From a virus (lineage: Duplodnaviria; Caudoviricetes), in IMG/VR virus record IMGVR_UViG_3300027893_000005, positions 1 through 50,326 of that record: a DNA stretch of 50,326 nucleotides. One strand, given 5' to 3'. A program made the translations under genes and the position numbers. Below, piece after piece: positions 18,370 through 26,571 of the stretch. The notes under the pieces were generated by a model that saw nothing but the letters and a program-made list of their open reading frames with translations, made no database searches and had not been told where the DNA came from. Every line of letters begins with the position of its first letter. The stretch's first letter is position 1.

Positions 18370-18556
18370 ACCACGCATACCGAAGCTAACGCCAGAAGAG
18401 GCAAACATGGCGTACACGGCCGCGCATGCTGAGAATGTGACGCTGGCGTTTGTGCTCCACTATCTACACTGGGCAAAGGCACGAGCCCAGATGCTAGACA
18501 CCATTGTCCAGACGAGGCAGCTAACGCTCATAGGCGAGAAGGGAGGGAGCGAATGA
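18362..18556 (+). CDS. Early hypothetical protein (64 aa)
   Basis: GAGG RBS; overlaps neighbours at both ends. Confidence 0.6.
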   Translation: MPEPRIPKLTPEEANMAYTAAHAENVTLAFVLHYLHWAKARAQMLDTIVQTRQLTLIGEKGGSE

Positions 18557-18762
18557 AAAGCCTCGGAGAAATCCAGTACAGCGAACTCCTGCATGCGATA
18601 CAGATCGGCTACGTGGACATCGCAAACGTGGTAGTGGTCGGAAGTACCGTATGCGAGAAGAAGGGAGACGCGCTAATCCGTCACATACCATGCGCGTCTG
18701 AGCATGGCGCTGGGGTAGTGCGTGCTATCCTGGCAAGGGAGGCAGGTTGCGAAGGATGCTAG
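18553..18762 (+). CDS. Early hypothetical protein (69 aa)
   Basis: ATGA coupling; GGAGGGAG RBS. Confidence 0.6.
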   Translation: MKSLGEIQYSELLHAIQIGYVDIANVVVVGSTVCEKKGDALIRHIPCASEHGAGVVRAILAREAGCEGC

Positions 18763-18879
18763 GCGTTGCCCATCGACTCCGGAGAATAGGCAAGGCGAGG
18801 CAGGCACTGGCGAGGAGAGTCGCTCATGAGCGAACGATTCGCTGGTGTCTAGCCTCCATTCGCGGAAAGTGAGGGAGGC

Positions 18880-19152
18880 ATGATACTACAGCATTGCCCC
18901 AGGGAGTACAAGGGCAAGCCCTACGGTTGCGGGTATGGCCCAATCCATCCTACACGAGCGTTTCTTGACTATGGTGGCCGTTGCCCCAATTGCGGGAAGG
19001 CTTTCCGCCCATACCGGAAGCCTCGCCCAAAGGTTGCCCCATCTGGCCAGCTATGCGCGGTAACTAGCCTTGCCACTGGCAAGCGATACTGCGACCAACC
19101 CGCAGTCAACGGCCGTTACTGTCGCAGGCACGAGTATCTCAACTACGAGTGA
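18880..19152 (+). CDS. Cys/His-rich zinc-binding early protein (90 aa)
   Basis: CPNCG ribbon and C-terminal C..C..CRRH finger; GGGAGG RBS. Confidence 0.6.
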   Translation: MILQHCPREYKGKPYGCGYGPIHPTRAFLDYGGRCPNCGKAFRPYRKPRPKVAPSGQLCAVTSLATGKRYCDQPAVNGRYCRRHEYLNYE

Positions 19153-19844
19153 CTCGCGCAAGAGCTAAGCAACTACGCCTATTCCCGAAGCGCGACCGCA
19201 CGCTTGCGCAATACTTGGCCGTGCGTGCGGGCGAGCATAGGGAATGGGCCGCTATTATCGAGCCTTGTGGCTCCGAACAATCCGTCTACGATAGATACCT
19301 CTTCGCTTTTCTCTCAATCAACACTGCCTTTGCCCCTAACTGCGAGGCATTCGCCAGGATGCGAGGCAGATACTGGACAGATGAGACGGAGACACTCGCC
19401 AGCATCCGGTTGACTCCGAGTGTCTCTTTCGCCCCTACCAAAGCAAAGGACATTGCAGCGTTCACTAAGCGATACCTCGCCCATCCGGAGGCGTTCAGGA
19501 TTCGCCCATCAGAGACGCCTAGCGAGGCAAGAGAACGCCTCAACATTCAGGGATTAGGCCAGGCTAAGCTATCGTTTGCCCTAGCACTGGCGAGCCCTAC
19601 AATGGCTGACGTTGCCTGCCTCGATAGGCACGTACAACGATGGGCAACGGGTAGGGATAGGAAAGCCTTGTCTCCCAGGGAGTACAAGCGAATCGAGCGA
19701 GCCCTATCCCTCGTTGGCGAGCGTTACGGAGTGAGTACGTTCGTTGCCCAGTGGTGCGTATGGGACTGGATGCGAGGCTACGAGGAGAACCATCGAATCA
19801 TCGCAGACGAGAAGGGAGGTGACGAGCATGCCCAAGCAGGTTGA
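19149..19844 (+). CDS. HhH-GPD superfamily DNA glycosylase, OGG2-like
   Basis: ARERLNIQGLGQAK hairpin, VACLDRHV catalytic-Asp motif, YKRIE and QWCVW resemble archaeal/thermophile N-glycosylase/DNA lyases. Confidence 0.7.
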   Translation: MTRARAKQLRLFPKRDRTLAQYLAVRAGEHREWAAIIEPCGSEQSVYDRYLFAFLSINTAFAPNCEAFARMRGRYWTDETETLASIRLTPSVSFAPTKAKDIAAFTKRYLAHPEAFRIRPSETPSEARERLNIQGLGQAKLSFALALASPTMADVACLDRHVQRWATGRDRKALSPREYKRIERALSLVGERYGVSTFVAQWCVWDWMRGYEENHRIIADEKGGDEHAQAG

Positions 19845-20133
19845 GTTGTATGTGCCCCTTGCGTACAATGATGGCACGATTATAGACCCTAACACCCTCC
19901 GAGACGAGGAGAATTTCCTAAGCGAGCGTTTCGGAGGCGTGTCCATCATTCCCAATGTACGCGGACGCTGGTATCGCGATGGTGCAATACAGCGTGAATG
20001 TATCGAAATCTGGCGCATCATCGTAGACGAGTATGACCCTAGCTGGTGGAGCGGCTACAAGGTACGTGCTCGCAATATGTACGAACAGGAGGATTTCCTC
20101 ATCGTGGTTTCCGACGTTGGCCTTATCCTCTAG
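19828..20133 (+). CDS. Conserved hypothetical protein (DUF3574-like pattern)
   Basis: LYVPLAYNDG..RFGGVS..GRW..YEQE pattern; GGAGGTG RBS. Confidence 0.6.
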   Translation: MPKQVELYVPLAYNDGTIIDPNTLRDEENFLSERFGGVSIIPNVRGRWYRDGAIQRECIEIWRIIVDEYDPSWWSGYKVRARNMYEQEDFLIVVSDVGLIL

Positions 20134-20351
20134 GGTTATCCCTGGATAAGAGTCTAGCGTAAGGGAGGTGAAAGCGGAGGCTTCGGCTATCCCGCAAGCG
20201 GGCTAGTCGTAGGCTGGGGCGGGTGCCTGGCACCTTGGCCGGACGCCTGGCGTTGCCTGCCCTGGCCTGGCTCGCCCACCCTGGGAGAGTGGCTGGGCCT
20301 GGCTGGAGGAGATGGAACATTCGTATACACTTAGTCTGGGTCTAGTGTGTA

Positions 20352-20455
20352 TCGCTTCCATCTTGTTGCTTGTAGGCAATTGCTTGCGGATAGTCGCTTG
20401 CAGCCAATGTTCACTGAGTATTTACCTGGGTCGCTTGCAATCAGATTCGCTTAGG
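20352..20455 (+). repeat. TYGCTTGYR direct repeats, four at exact 14-bp spacing
   Basis: Copies at 20352, 20366, 20380, 20394, plus 20431 and 20447 overlapping a promoter. Confidence 0.7.
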
Positions 20456-20463
20456 TGTAAGGT
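20435..20463 (+). promoter_or_regulatory. Sigma70-type promoter of the second early block
   Basis: TTGCAA-17 nt-TAAGGT followed by AAAGGAGG and GTG at 20489. Confidence 0.7.
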
Positions 20464-20488
20464 AGGTATAGGAAAGGAGGTTTCCCCT

Positions 20489-20689
20489 GTGGAGAAGCTG
20501 GCAACGCTAGTGCTCCTCATCCTGCTGGTCTTTGCGATGTATCACCTTTACACCAGCGAGGTTATGCCAATGGCCGGTGGCTACGTGCTCACTGAGCGCC
20601 ACTGTGCCGAGGACGAGGTGCTAGACTGGATAGCCGACGACGTGCGCGGGTGCGTGCACATCGACGAGCTATGCCAAGAAGGGAGATAG
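20489..20689 (+). CDS. Small membrane-anchored protein (66 aa)
   Basis: Strong RBS; N-terminal hydrophobic helix. Confidence 0.65.
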   Translation: MEKLATLVLLILLVFAMYHLYTSEVMPMAGGYVLTERHCAEDEVLDWIADDVRGCVHIDELCQEGR

Positions 20690-20690
20690 C

Positions 20691-21002
20691 ATGACTGAGA
20701 ACGGCGCGGCAAGCGCCTTTGCCAATGACCCCATCGTCATCGCAATCCGTGATAATAGGTGGGGCGGCGTGTTCGGTGACGTCTTCGACAATGACCCCAT
20801 ATACTACGAGCACCACGAGGGCAAGGCTGACCACCCCTATCCAGAGGGCAACGGCGACTACCATCCAGGTATCACCGATGGCTTTGTCCGGCGCGGCAAC
20901 CACTACGTGTTGGTCTTCGTGACCAAGCAGGGCGAGGTCAACATAGACATGGGCTACCACGAGGACGAGATACCGGCCCATGCCTTCAGGATGGGGACGT
21001 AG
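20691..21002 (+). CDS. Acidic, His-rich hypothetical protein (103 aa)
   Basis: RBS and tight packing with neighbours. Confidence 0.65.
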   Translation: MTENGAASAFANDPIVIAIRDNRWGGVFGDVFDNDPIYYEHHEGKADHPYPEGNGDYHPGITDGFVRRGNHYVLVFVTKQGEVNIDMGYHEDEIPAHAFRMGT

Positions 21003-21003
21003 C

Positions 21004-21192
21004 ATGGCTGACCTGACATCCCTTATCATAGCCTTCGAGTCCGGCGAGCTAGACGAGGAGGAGACTATCGCCCTGTTTCAGGAGTTAGTTGACACTGGCA
21101 TGGCCTGGCAGTTGCAGGGCAGCTACGGCCGGATGGCCCGGTGTCTCATCGAGGCTGGCCTGGTTCGGCCAAGAAAGGGGGCGGCATGCTAG
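21004..21192 (+). CDS. Conserved small phage protein
   Basis: ESGELDEEETIALFQELVDTGMAWQLQGSYGRMA is a motif recurrent among phage early genes. Confidence 0.75.
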   Translation: MADLTSLIIAFESGELDEEETIALFQELVDTGMAWQLQGSYGRMARCLIEAGLVRPRKGAAC

Positions 21193-21291
21193 ACCCTAAG
21201 CACTACCCTATGTTGGGCGGCGAGTGCGGCTGCCCCACCTGCAAGGAATCGAAGACCACCACCCTTGCAGACCTACAGGAAGGAGACAAGG

Positions 21292-21501
21292 ATGGCAACA
21301 AGCGGTAAGGTGAAGACCATCATCCGGTGTCCCAAGGGCACCGCCAGGCGAGAGGTTCCCCTGGCTGAGGTGCAGGTGCCCGACCTATGGCATACCGGCC
21401 AGTGGCTGAAGGAGCAAGGCTGCCCGAAGGCTGGCGAGGCAGTGCTAGAGTGCTGGGGCCTGGCCCATGACCTGCTGGCTAACCTGAGAGGAGAGGTCTA
21501 G
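21292..21501 (+). CDS. Hypothetical protein (69 aa)
   Basis: AAGGAG RBS; VPDLWH..VLECWGLAHDLL. Confidence 0.6.
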   Translation: MATSGKVKTIIRCPKGTARREVPLAEVQVPDLWHTGQWLKEQGCPKAGEAVLECWGLAHDLLANLRGEV

Positions 21502-21660
21502 CGTGACCAAGCAGCGTAAGAAGAAGCGGAGCGAGAAGGCCAAGCCGGAGGGACTGAGCGGGTACGCTGCACGGCGGCGCTTGCCCTGGAGTGAGCGCCA
21601 CCCCAGGCACACCGTACCCGTGCACGCCTGCCCCCACTGCGTCCCTCAGAAAGGAGCGGC

Positions 21661-21903
21661 ATGAGAAACTGCCAAGTAGCGGCGGCATGGGCGGCTGGTC
21701 GCACGGCCAGCACCCAGCACATGACGACCGATGGCGACCGCCTATGGAGCTACAACCTGGTCATCGGCTTCACCGAGGACGACGGCAGCAAGGTGGCAAT
21801 TGACTACACTGCGCCCCACTTCGTCAGCATGACCACCTCCTGTCACGTCGGGCTTGCGAAGCGTGTAGCAGACTGGGCCGAACCGCCGAGGAAGGACAGG
21901 TAA
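21661..21903 (+). CDS. Conserved phage hypothetical protein (80 aa)
   Basis: AAAGGAG RBS; LWSYNLVIG..SMTTSCH pattern. Confidence 0.65.
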   Translation: MRNCQVAAAWAAGRTASTQHMTTDGDRLWSYNLVIGFTEDDGSKVAIDYTAPHFVSMTTSCHVGLAKRVADWAEPPRKDR

Positions 21904-21904
21904 G

Positions 21905-22147
21905 ATGCTCGAACATCGCAAGCACCAATCACCCTGTCCCCACTGCGTCGCTGAGGTCATCGCCGGTCTTGACGTATACGACCTGGCTGTCAGCATCCCT
22001 GGCTACCAGGCCAACCGCAAGTGCGTGAACAAGCGCCACCTCGTTGTCCATATCGGTGACCTGTTCGCCGCCTTTGACCCTGGCTTCGACCGCCAGGCAT
22101 TCGAGGAGGCGTGCGGCGAGGGGGCCGAGCCTGGCAAGGTGTACTGA
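21905..22147 (+). CDS. Hypothetical protein (80 aa)
   Basis: CPHC motif and C-terminal PGFDRQAFEEACG. Confidence 0.6.
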   Translation: MLEHRKHQSPCPHCVAEVIAGLDVYDLAVSIPGYQANRKCVNKRHLVVHIGDLFAAFDPGFDRQAFEEACGEGAEPGKVY

Positions 22148-22311
22148 TGGCCAGCGACAAGAAGGCCCGCAAGATGGCCCGCATTGGGAAGGAGCGGGCG
22201 GAGCCGGTCGAGAAAGAACCGCTCCGGATGTGGTACACTGTAAATGAGAGAGGGAACTTTGCCCTTCGACGGAGTTGGCGATACACAGTGAGAGGGGCAA
22301 GGCATAGCTAG
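22147..22311 (+). CDS. Small basic protein (54 aa)
   Basis: TGATG coupling with the upstream gene. Confidence 0.5.
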   Translation: MASDKKARKMARIGKERAEPVEKEPLRMWYTVNERGNFALRRSWRYTVRGARHS

Positions 22312-22354
22312 TTCGCTTGTGCTTAGTCGCTTGCGACTAGAAAGGAGGCACCCC

Positions 22355-22657
22355 GTGAACGAAGACCAACCAGTTGAGCGACGTTGCGCCAAGTATGACA
22401 TGTTCAAGTACGTGCTTCTCGGTATCTACAACAACCGGCCCTACTACATGGGTGAGCACATCGAGGAGCACCTGAAGGGTTTCGTCCCGCCAGTGCCACC
22501 GTACCTCACCAAGCTGGTGCTGGATGCGACACAGTCTGGGGCCAAGTACCAGCACTACGTCATCCTCGCTACCCGTGTGGACAGGGCAGAGGTCACCACC
22601 TGGCTGTTCCACGCTGAGATCGTGGTGCCTACCCCGATGGTGGAGTGGAGCACATAG
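22355..22657 (+). CDS. Hypothetical protein (100 aa)
   Basis: AAAGGAGG RBS before GTG 22355. Confidence 0.6.
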   Translation: MNEDQPVERRCAKYDMFKYVLLGIYNNRPYYMGEHIEEHLKGFVPPVPPYLTKLVLDATQSGAKYQHYVILATRVDRAEVTTWLFHAEIVVPTPMVEWST

Positions 22658-22658
22658 G

Positions 22659-23060
22659 ATGGCGTGGCGAGAGCTTCGAGCCCATGACCCTCCTCCACCT
22701 GACCCCTTCGCCAAGCCTGGCATGGGGCAGGGATTGGTTGACACCCACCCCGACACGGAGTCACAGCATGGGCGGCAGTATCACTCTCAGCACGCACGCA
22801 AGGCTATCGATGGCGTGCTGCGTCGTGACCTGCCGGAGCTTGTCATCAAGGGTTGCCCCCACTGCGGCGGCGACCTGTGCAAGGAGCACGAGGACTTCGG
22901 GTATGGGGACTACTCATGTAAGGACTGTGGCCGTGCCTGGGACGTGGCCTCAGTCGCCCGGATTGGCGGACGTTGGCGCATCACCTTCGGGAGAGTCGGC
23001 CACTACCTTGACCAGACTCCTCCGAAGAGGAAGAGACGCGGGAAGTACGGATACGATTAG
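22659..23060 (+). CDS. Zn-ribbon protein (133 aa)
   Basis: CPHCGG..CKDCG motif. Confidence 0.6.
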   Translation: MAWRELRAHDPPPPDPFAKPGMGQGLVDTHPDTESQHGRQYHSQHARKAIDGVLRRDLPELVIKGCPHCGGDLCKEHEDFGYGDYSCKDCGRAWDVASVARIGGRWRITFGRVGHYLDQTPPKRKRRGKYGYD

Positions 23061-23075
23061 GAAGGAGGTGCACAG

Positions 23076-23375
23076 ATGGCGAACGAGCTAGGCTCGCATG
23101 ACTACACCGTTTGGGTGAACGAGGGTCACGGTCTGGCTGGCCGGTTCGACCCTGCTGGTGACTCCAAGCTCGTCAGGCTGGAGATTCTGCCGGAGGGGAC
23201 GGTCACCGCCTGGCCGGAGGACAAGTTCTATCTGTTCTTCCGCAGAGGAGCCGACCTGAAGCGGACGGCGGAGACCTTCCGCACCCTGGCCAAGCAGATA
23301 GACGACTACCTGTACCCGACCCTCGACCTGGAGGAGGCCCTGGAGATGGGCCTGAGCATGGGGGTGATGGGATGA
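23076..23375 (+). CDS. Hypothetical protein (99 aa)
   Basis: AAGGAGGTG RBS. Confidence 0.65.
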   Translation: MANELGSHDYTVWVNEGHGLAGRFDPAGDSKLVRLEILPEGTVTAWPEDKFYLFFRRGADLKRTAETFRTLAKQIDDYLYPTLDLEEALEMGLSMGVMG

Positions 23376-23899
23376 GCGACTACAACGCCATCCATACATA
23401 CCAGATACACGATTACCAGGAGGGCAACCGGCTGCGGGAGAAGTGGCACCGCAAGGTGGAGAGGTTGAAGGGCCAAGGTCTGGACTCCTTCGTTGCCCTG
23501 CACAAGGCTGGCCACATGCCCACCGCTCCGCTTGTAACTAGGGTGGTGCCCAATCCTCTCAGCCTTGAGCTTCGCATCGTCCTTGGCTACTTCTGGGAGA
23601 TATACGGGGATAACCTGTACTTGGCCAGCCGCTACCGACAAGGGCTGGAGGGGGACTGCGACCCGCAAGCTAGGGAAGAGTTCGCGCAACGATGCGAGGT
23701 GGAGGCAGCAAATTGCCTCACCCATGCGCGTAACATCTGCTTCGACCTGTTCAGCCCTGCTTCCCCACATTCCCATATCCACGTTCACTCGGAGTATGGC
23801 TGCAACGACGATGACTGCCTGGCCTGGGCGTCCGGCTTTGAGGCAGCCAAGGAATCGGTGGGCGACTGGTATCAGCCGGAGCCCCCGTATTCAGTATAG
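23372..23899 (+). CDS. Hypothetical protein (175 aa)
   Basis: ATGA coupling; coding-like codon pattern. Confidence 0.6.
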   Translation: MSDYNAIHTYQIHDYQEGNRLREKWHRKVERLKGQGLDSFVALHKAGHMPTAPLVTRVVPNPLSLELRIVLGYFWEIYGDNLYLASRYRQGLEGDCDPQAREEFAQRCEVEAANCLTHARNICFDLFSPASPHSHIHVHSEYGCNDDDCLAWASGFEAAKESVGDWYQPEPPYSV

Positions 23900-23911
23900 G
23901 AGGTGCCTGTC

Positions 23912-24577
23912 ATGACAGGACTAGAGATTGGCCTGGCCATGGCGCTGGGCCTAGTCGCCGTCTTTGGTGCCCTGGTCATCCTGGGTGCCTGCATTGAGCA
24001 GGAGGGCCTGGTCAAGAGCAGGGACATTGCCCTGGTTGAGCGGGACGATGCCAAGGCGAGCGCTGACTTCTGGCGTCGGTGCCTAGATAACCGCAGCCGC
24101 TTGTTCCGAGAGCTTGACCACAAGGTGGGAGCGGCCATCGTTCGCATCATCGGTGCCCACTCTGAGACCTGCGTCAAAGCGTCAGAGAAGAGGAGCGATC
24201 CCTCCACTTACTACGGCAAGGAGTACGACTTCAGGGCTGCCGGTATGCGCGAGGCTCTCAACATCCTGGAGCAGGAGACTGACCGGATTCGGGATGAGCG
24301 CCCGCCTGAGCCCCCGCATCGCCCGCCGACTGAGCCCTGCATCGTATGCGGGAAGCCTGCCTGTACCTACCGGTGGGGCCAGTGCACCACCTATTTCAGA
24401 TTCCTCCTACCCGGTGATGAGCCTCGCACCACGGCCGTCACCAGGGAGCAGGACTTCGACCCGAACATTAGCACGGGCTGGCTACCGCTGTGCTCGACCG
24501 ATGCCTTCATCCTGGACGACCACGGCAACGTGACCTGTCCGGCCAGGCTCAAGCACAAGGGACTGAGGCCATGCTAG
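23912..24577 (+). CDS. Membrane-anchored hypothetical protein with Cys-rich C-terminus
   Basis: AGGAGGTG RBS; N-terminal TM helix; CIVCG motif. Confidence 0.6.
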   Translation: MTGLEIGLAMALGLVAVFGALVILGACIEQEGLVKSRDIALVERDDAKASADFWRRCLDNRSRLFRELDHKVGAAIVRIIGAHSETCVKASEKRSDPSTYYGKEYDFRAAGMREALNILEQETDRIRDERPPEPPHRPPTEPCIVCGKPACTYRWGQCTTYFRFLLPGDEPRTTAVTREQDFDPNISTGWLPLCSTDAFILDDHGNVTCPARLKHKGLRPC

Positions 24578-24912
24578 GAGAGAGCCCGAAGTTGCACCGG
24601 CCACGGCCTGCTCACATGGTGCAGCCAGACAAGTGCTATCACGGCACTGACTTGGAGCATCGGGCACCCGTTCCTTGCGCTAGTGACCGTCACTGCCTGC
24701 ACAAGCGGAGGATTTTCCGGCGGGTTGGTATCTTCAAGGAGACTTGGGAAGTCTCTTCTTGCTGCCGCTGCTCCGAGAACCGCCTGTATCTTCTGTCGAG
24801 GCTTCCTTCACTGGAACCTCTACTACTTCTCCCTCTATCACGGAAGGTTCGGGGAGGGCTTTATAACGGTCGGGAAAATACTCCAGCACTAGGTCACGGA
24901 GGGCAGGGCTGA
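24571..24912 (+). CDS. Possible Cys/His-rich protein
   Basis: Coupled to the upstream gene, but overlaps a convergent gene by about 180 bp. Confidence 0.35.
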   Translation: MLGESPKLHRPRPAHMVQPDKCYHGTDLEHRAPVPCASDRHCLHKRRIFRRVGIFKETWEVSSCCRCSENRLYLLSRLPSLEPLLLLPLSRKVRGGLYNGRENTPALGHGGQG

Positions 24913-25417
24913 TAGCCATGCCACGCTCAAGCAGCGCCAGGCCAAGCCTAGCCTCGTATGGGATGACGGTGTGCATGGTCTCGACCAGCACCTTCTCCAG
25001 GCCCAGCACCTTGAGGTACTTGTCCACAATCCAGCGCTGTGTCTTGGTCAGTTCCTCACCGTCGAGCGCCTGCCGCACCAAGCTGAGAATGCCAGGGGCC
25101 AGGGCATCGAGCCCACCCTTGACTTGCTCGGTGATGGTACGAGGGAGGAGGGCCTGGTATGCGCCCTCGAAGTCGGGCTCGTCCCGCCAATGGATGAGGT
25201 CAACCATCTTACAGTTAGCCTCGTCCAGTGCCTCCCGGTCGCTGATGGTAAAGAGGCGGGCCTTGAGGAACCGGCGCTGGTCTCTGGTCAGGCCGTGCTC
25301 ATCCCGTGGCTCCCGCTTGCTCATCTCCTCAAGCAGGTCGTCAATCAGTAGGTGTCCCGGTCTGTTTCTCATTTCAATGGGAGCATACCAGACCCCGGAA
25401 CCACTGTCAAATGTCAT
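24734..25417 (-). CDS. HTH protein, candidate terminase small subunit
   Basis: LTRDQRRFL..SDREALDEA..IHWRDEPDFEGAY helix-turn-helix followed by helices and an IEGEVVE tail; start uncertain. Confidence 0.55.
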   Translation of the reverse strand: MTFDSGSGVWYAPIEMRNRPGHLLIDDLLEEMSKREPRDEHGLTRDQRRFLKARLFTISDREALDEANCKMVDLIHWRDEPDFEGAYQALLPRTITEQVKGGLDALAPGILSLVRQALDGEELTKTQRWIVDKYLKVLGLEKVLVETMHTVIPYEARLGLALLERGMAISPALRDLVLEYFPDRYKALPEPSVIEGEVVEVPVKEASTEDTGGSRSSGSKKRLPKSP

Positions 25418-25522
25418 CCTCCGGGGCTGGCCGGGGGGTAGAACCGGGCTCCAGCCGCAAAGATGTGGTTTGCTACGGGCTGGCGCTGAAGTGCGTTGGC
25501 CCAGATAGGAAGAGGCTCTGAG

Positions 25523-25744
25523 ATGGACGAGAACGGGTCTGATAAGAAGGAACACTCGCTTGCGATCAGTCCAAAATCAGATGAGGGCTTAGCTTTCTTC
25601 AACTCTTACATGCCCCCCGTCGAGGTGCACACAGTGGATGGTGAGGTGCTGCTGGTGCCCTTCGCTGAGTTGGATGAGAAGCTGGCGACACTGAGGCAGA
25701 CCTACAAGGAGAGGAGGAAACATGGTAACGGGCGAGATTCTTGA
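25523..25744 (+). CDS. Hypothetical protein (73 aa)
   Basis: GAGG RBS; restarts the plus-strand operon. Confidence 0.5.
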   Translation: MDENGSDKKEHSLAISPKSDEGLAFFNSYMPPVEVHTVDGEVLLVPFAELDEKLATLRQTYKERRKHGNGRDS

Positions 25745-25961
25745 GATTAGCCTGGGCACGCCCATGACTCCGGACGGGCTCAGCGTCCTGTGTCGGAGGG
25801 TCTGGTCAGATGGGATGCTTGGCCCCATCAAGCTGTTCTACCTGACGCTGAGAAGCGGCAGCCCCTACTTTGACAGGGAGTGGCCACCATGCAGGCTGGG
25901 CCTGGTCATCGTTAGCGTGGCAGCGGCCGCTATCGAGGAGGAGTTGAATGACAAGTTCTGA
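25722..25961 (+). CDS. Hypothetical protein (79 aa)
   Basis: GAGGAGG RBS. Confidence 0.55.
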   Translation: MVTGEILEISLGTPMTPDGLSVLCRRVWSDGMLGPIKLFYLTLRSGSPYFDREWPPCRLGLVIVSVAAAAIEEELNDKF

Positions 25962-26571
25962 GCTAGATTACTTCGAGGCCAGGCTGAGGGAGGCTGACCA
26001 GTTCAATCAGAACTTCTTTGCCAGCGAGATGCGCAAGTGTGAGCGGTGCCATCTCAAGGACATCAGGGGCGTGGTCTGCCCCGGCTTCTTCGTCTCCCTT
26101 CCTGTGGACATCCTCTTCGTGGGCATGAACCCAGGCATGGACGAGGATGACCCGGAGTATGGTGGCCGTCCCTTCGTGGGCCGGGCCGGGAAGAAGCTAA
26201 TGGAGCTTGCTGATAGTATCAATCTCATCACTCCTGACACTATCATTGGCTTCACCAACATCATCCGGTGCCACACTCCGGACAACCGCCCGCCCACTGG
26301 CCAGGAAATCTCTGCCTGCTCGAAGTGGATGGAGACCGAGCTTGACATGGCAGAGCCCAAGGTGGTACTGTTATTGGGGAACACGGCCATCGGCCTTGCC
26401 TTCGAGGGCAAGATCGGCCAGGTGGCCGGAAGTGCGAGAGCTATGGGCAGCAGCGTCCACATTGCGTGTTACCATCCCGCTGCGATTCTGCACAAGCGGA
26501 GTCCTGCTATCCTGGACAGCATCGTGCAGTCCCTGAAGCTCGCAAAGGAAGTGCTCGATGCCGTACATTGA
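25948..26571 (+). CDS. Uracil-DNA glycosylase, family 4-like (Fe-S)
   Basis: CxxC, GMNPG.DED..PFVGRAG, TNIIRC..NRPP..EI.AC and YHPAA motifs. Confidence 0.9.
   Translation: MTSSELDYFEARLREADQFNQNFFASEMRKCERCHLKDIRGVVCPGFFVSLPVDILFVGMNPGMDEDDPEYGGRPFVGRAGKKLMELADSINLITPDTIIGFTNIIRCHTPDNRPPTGQEISACSKWMETELDMAEPKVVLLLGNTAIGLAFEGKIGQVAGSARAMGSSVHIACYHPAAILHKRSPAILDSIVQSLKLAKEVLDAVH

Noticed and set aside
20312-20488. N-terminal extension of ORF 20312..20689
   Set aside because: It covers the repeat array and promoter; the strong RBS supports the GTG start at 20489.
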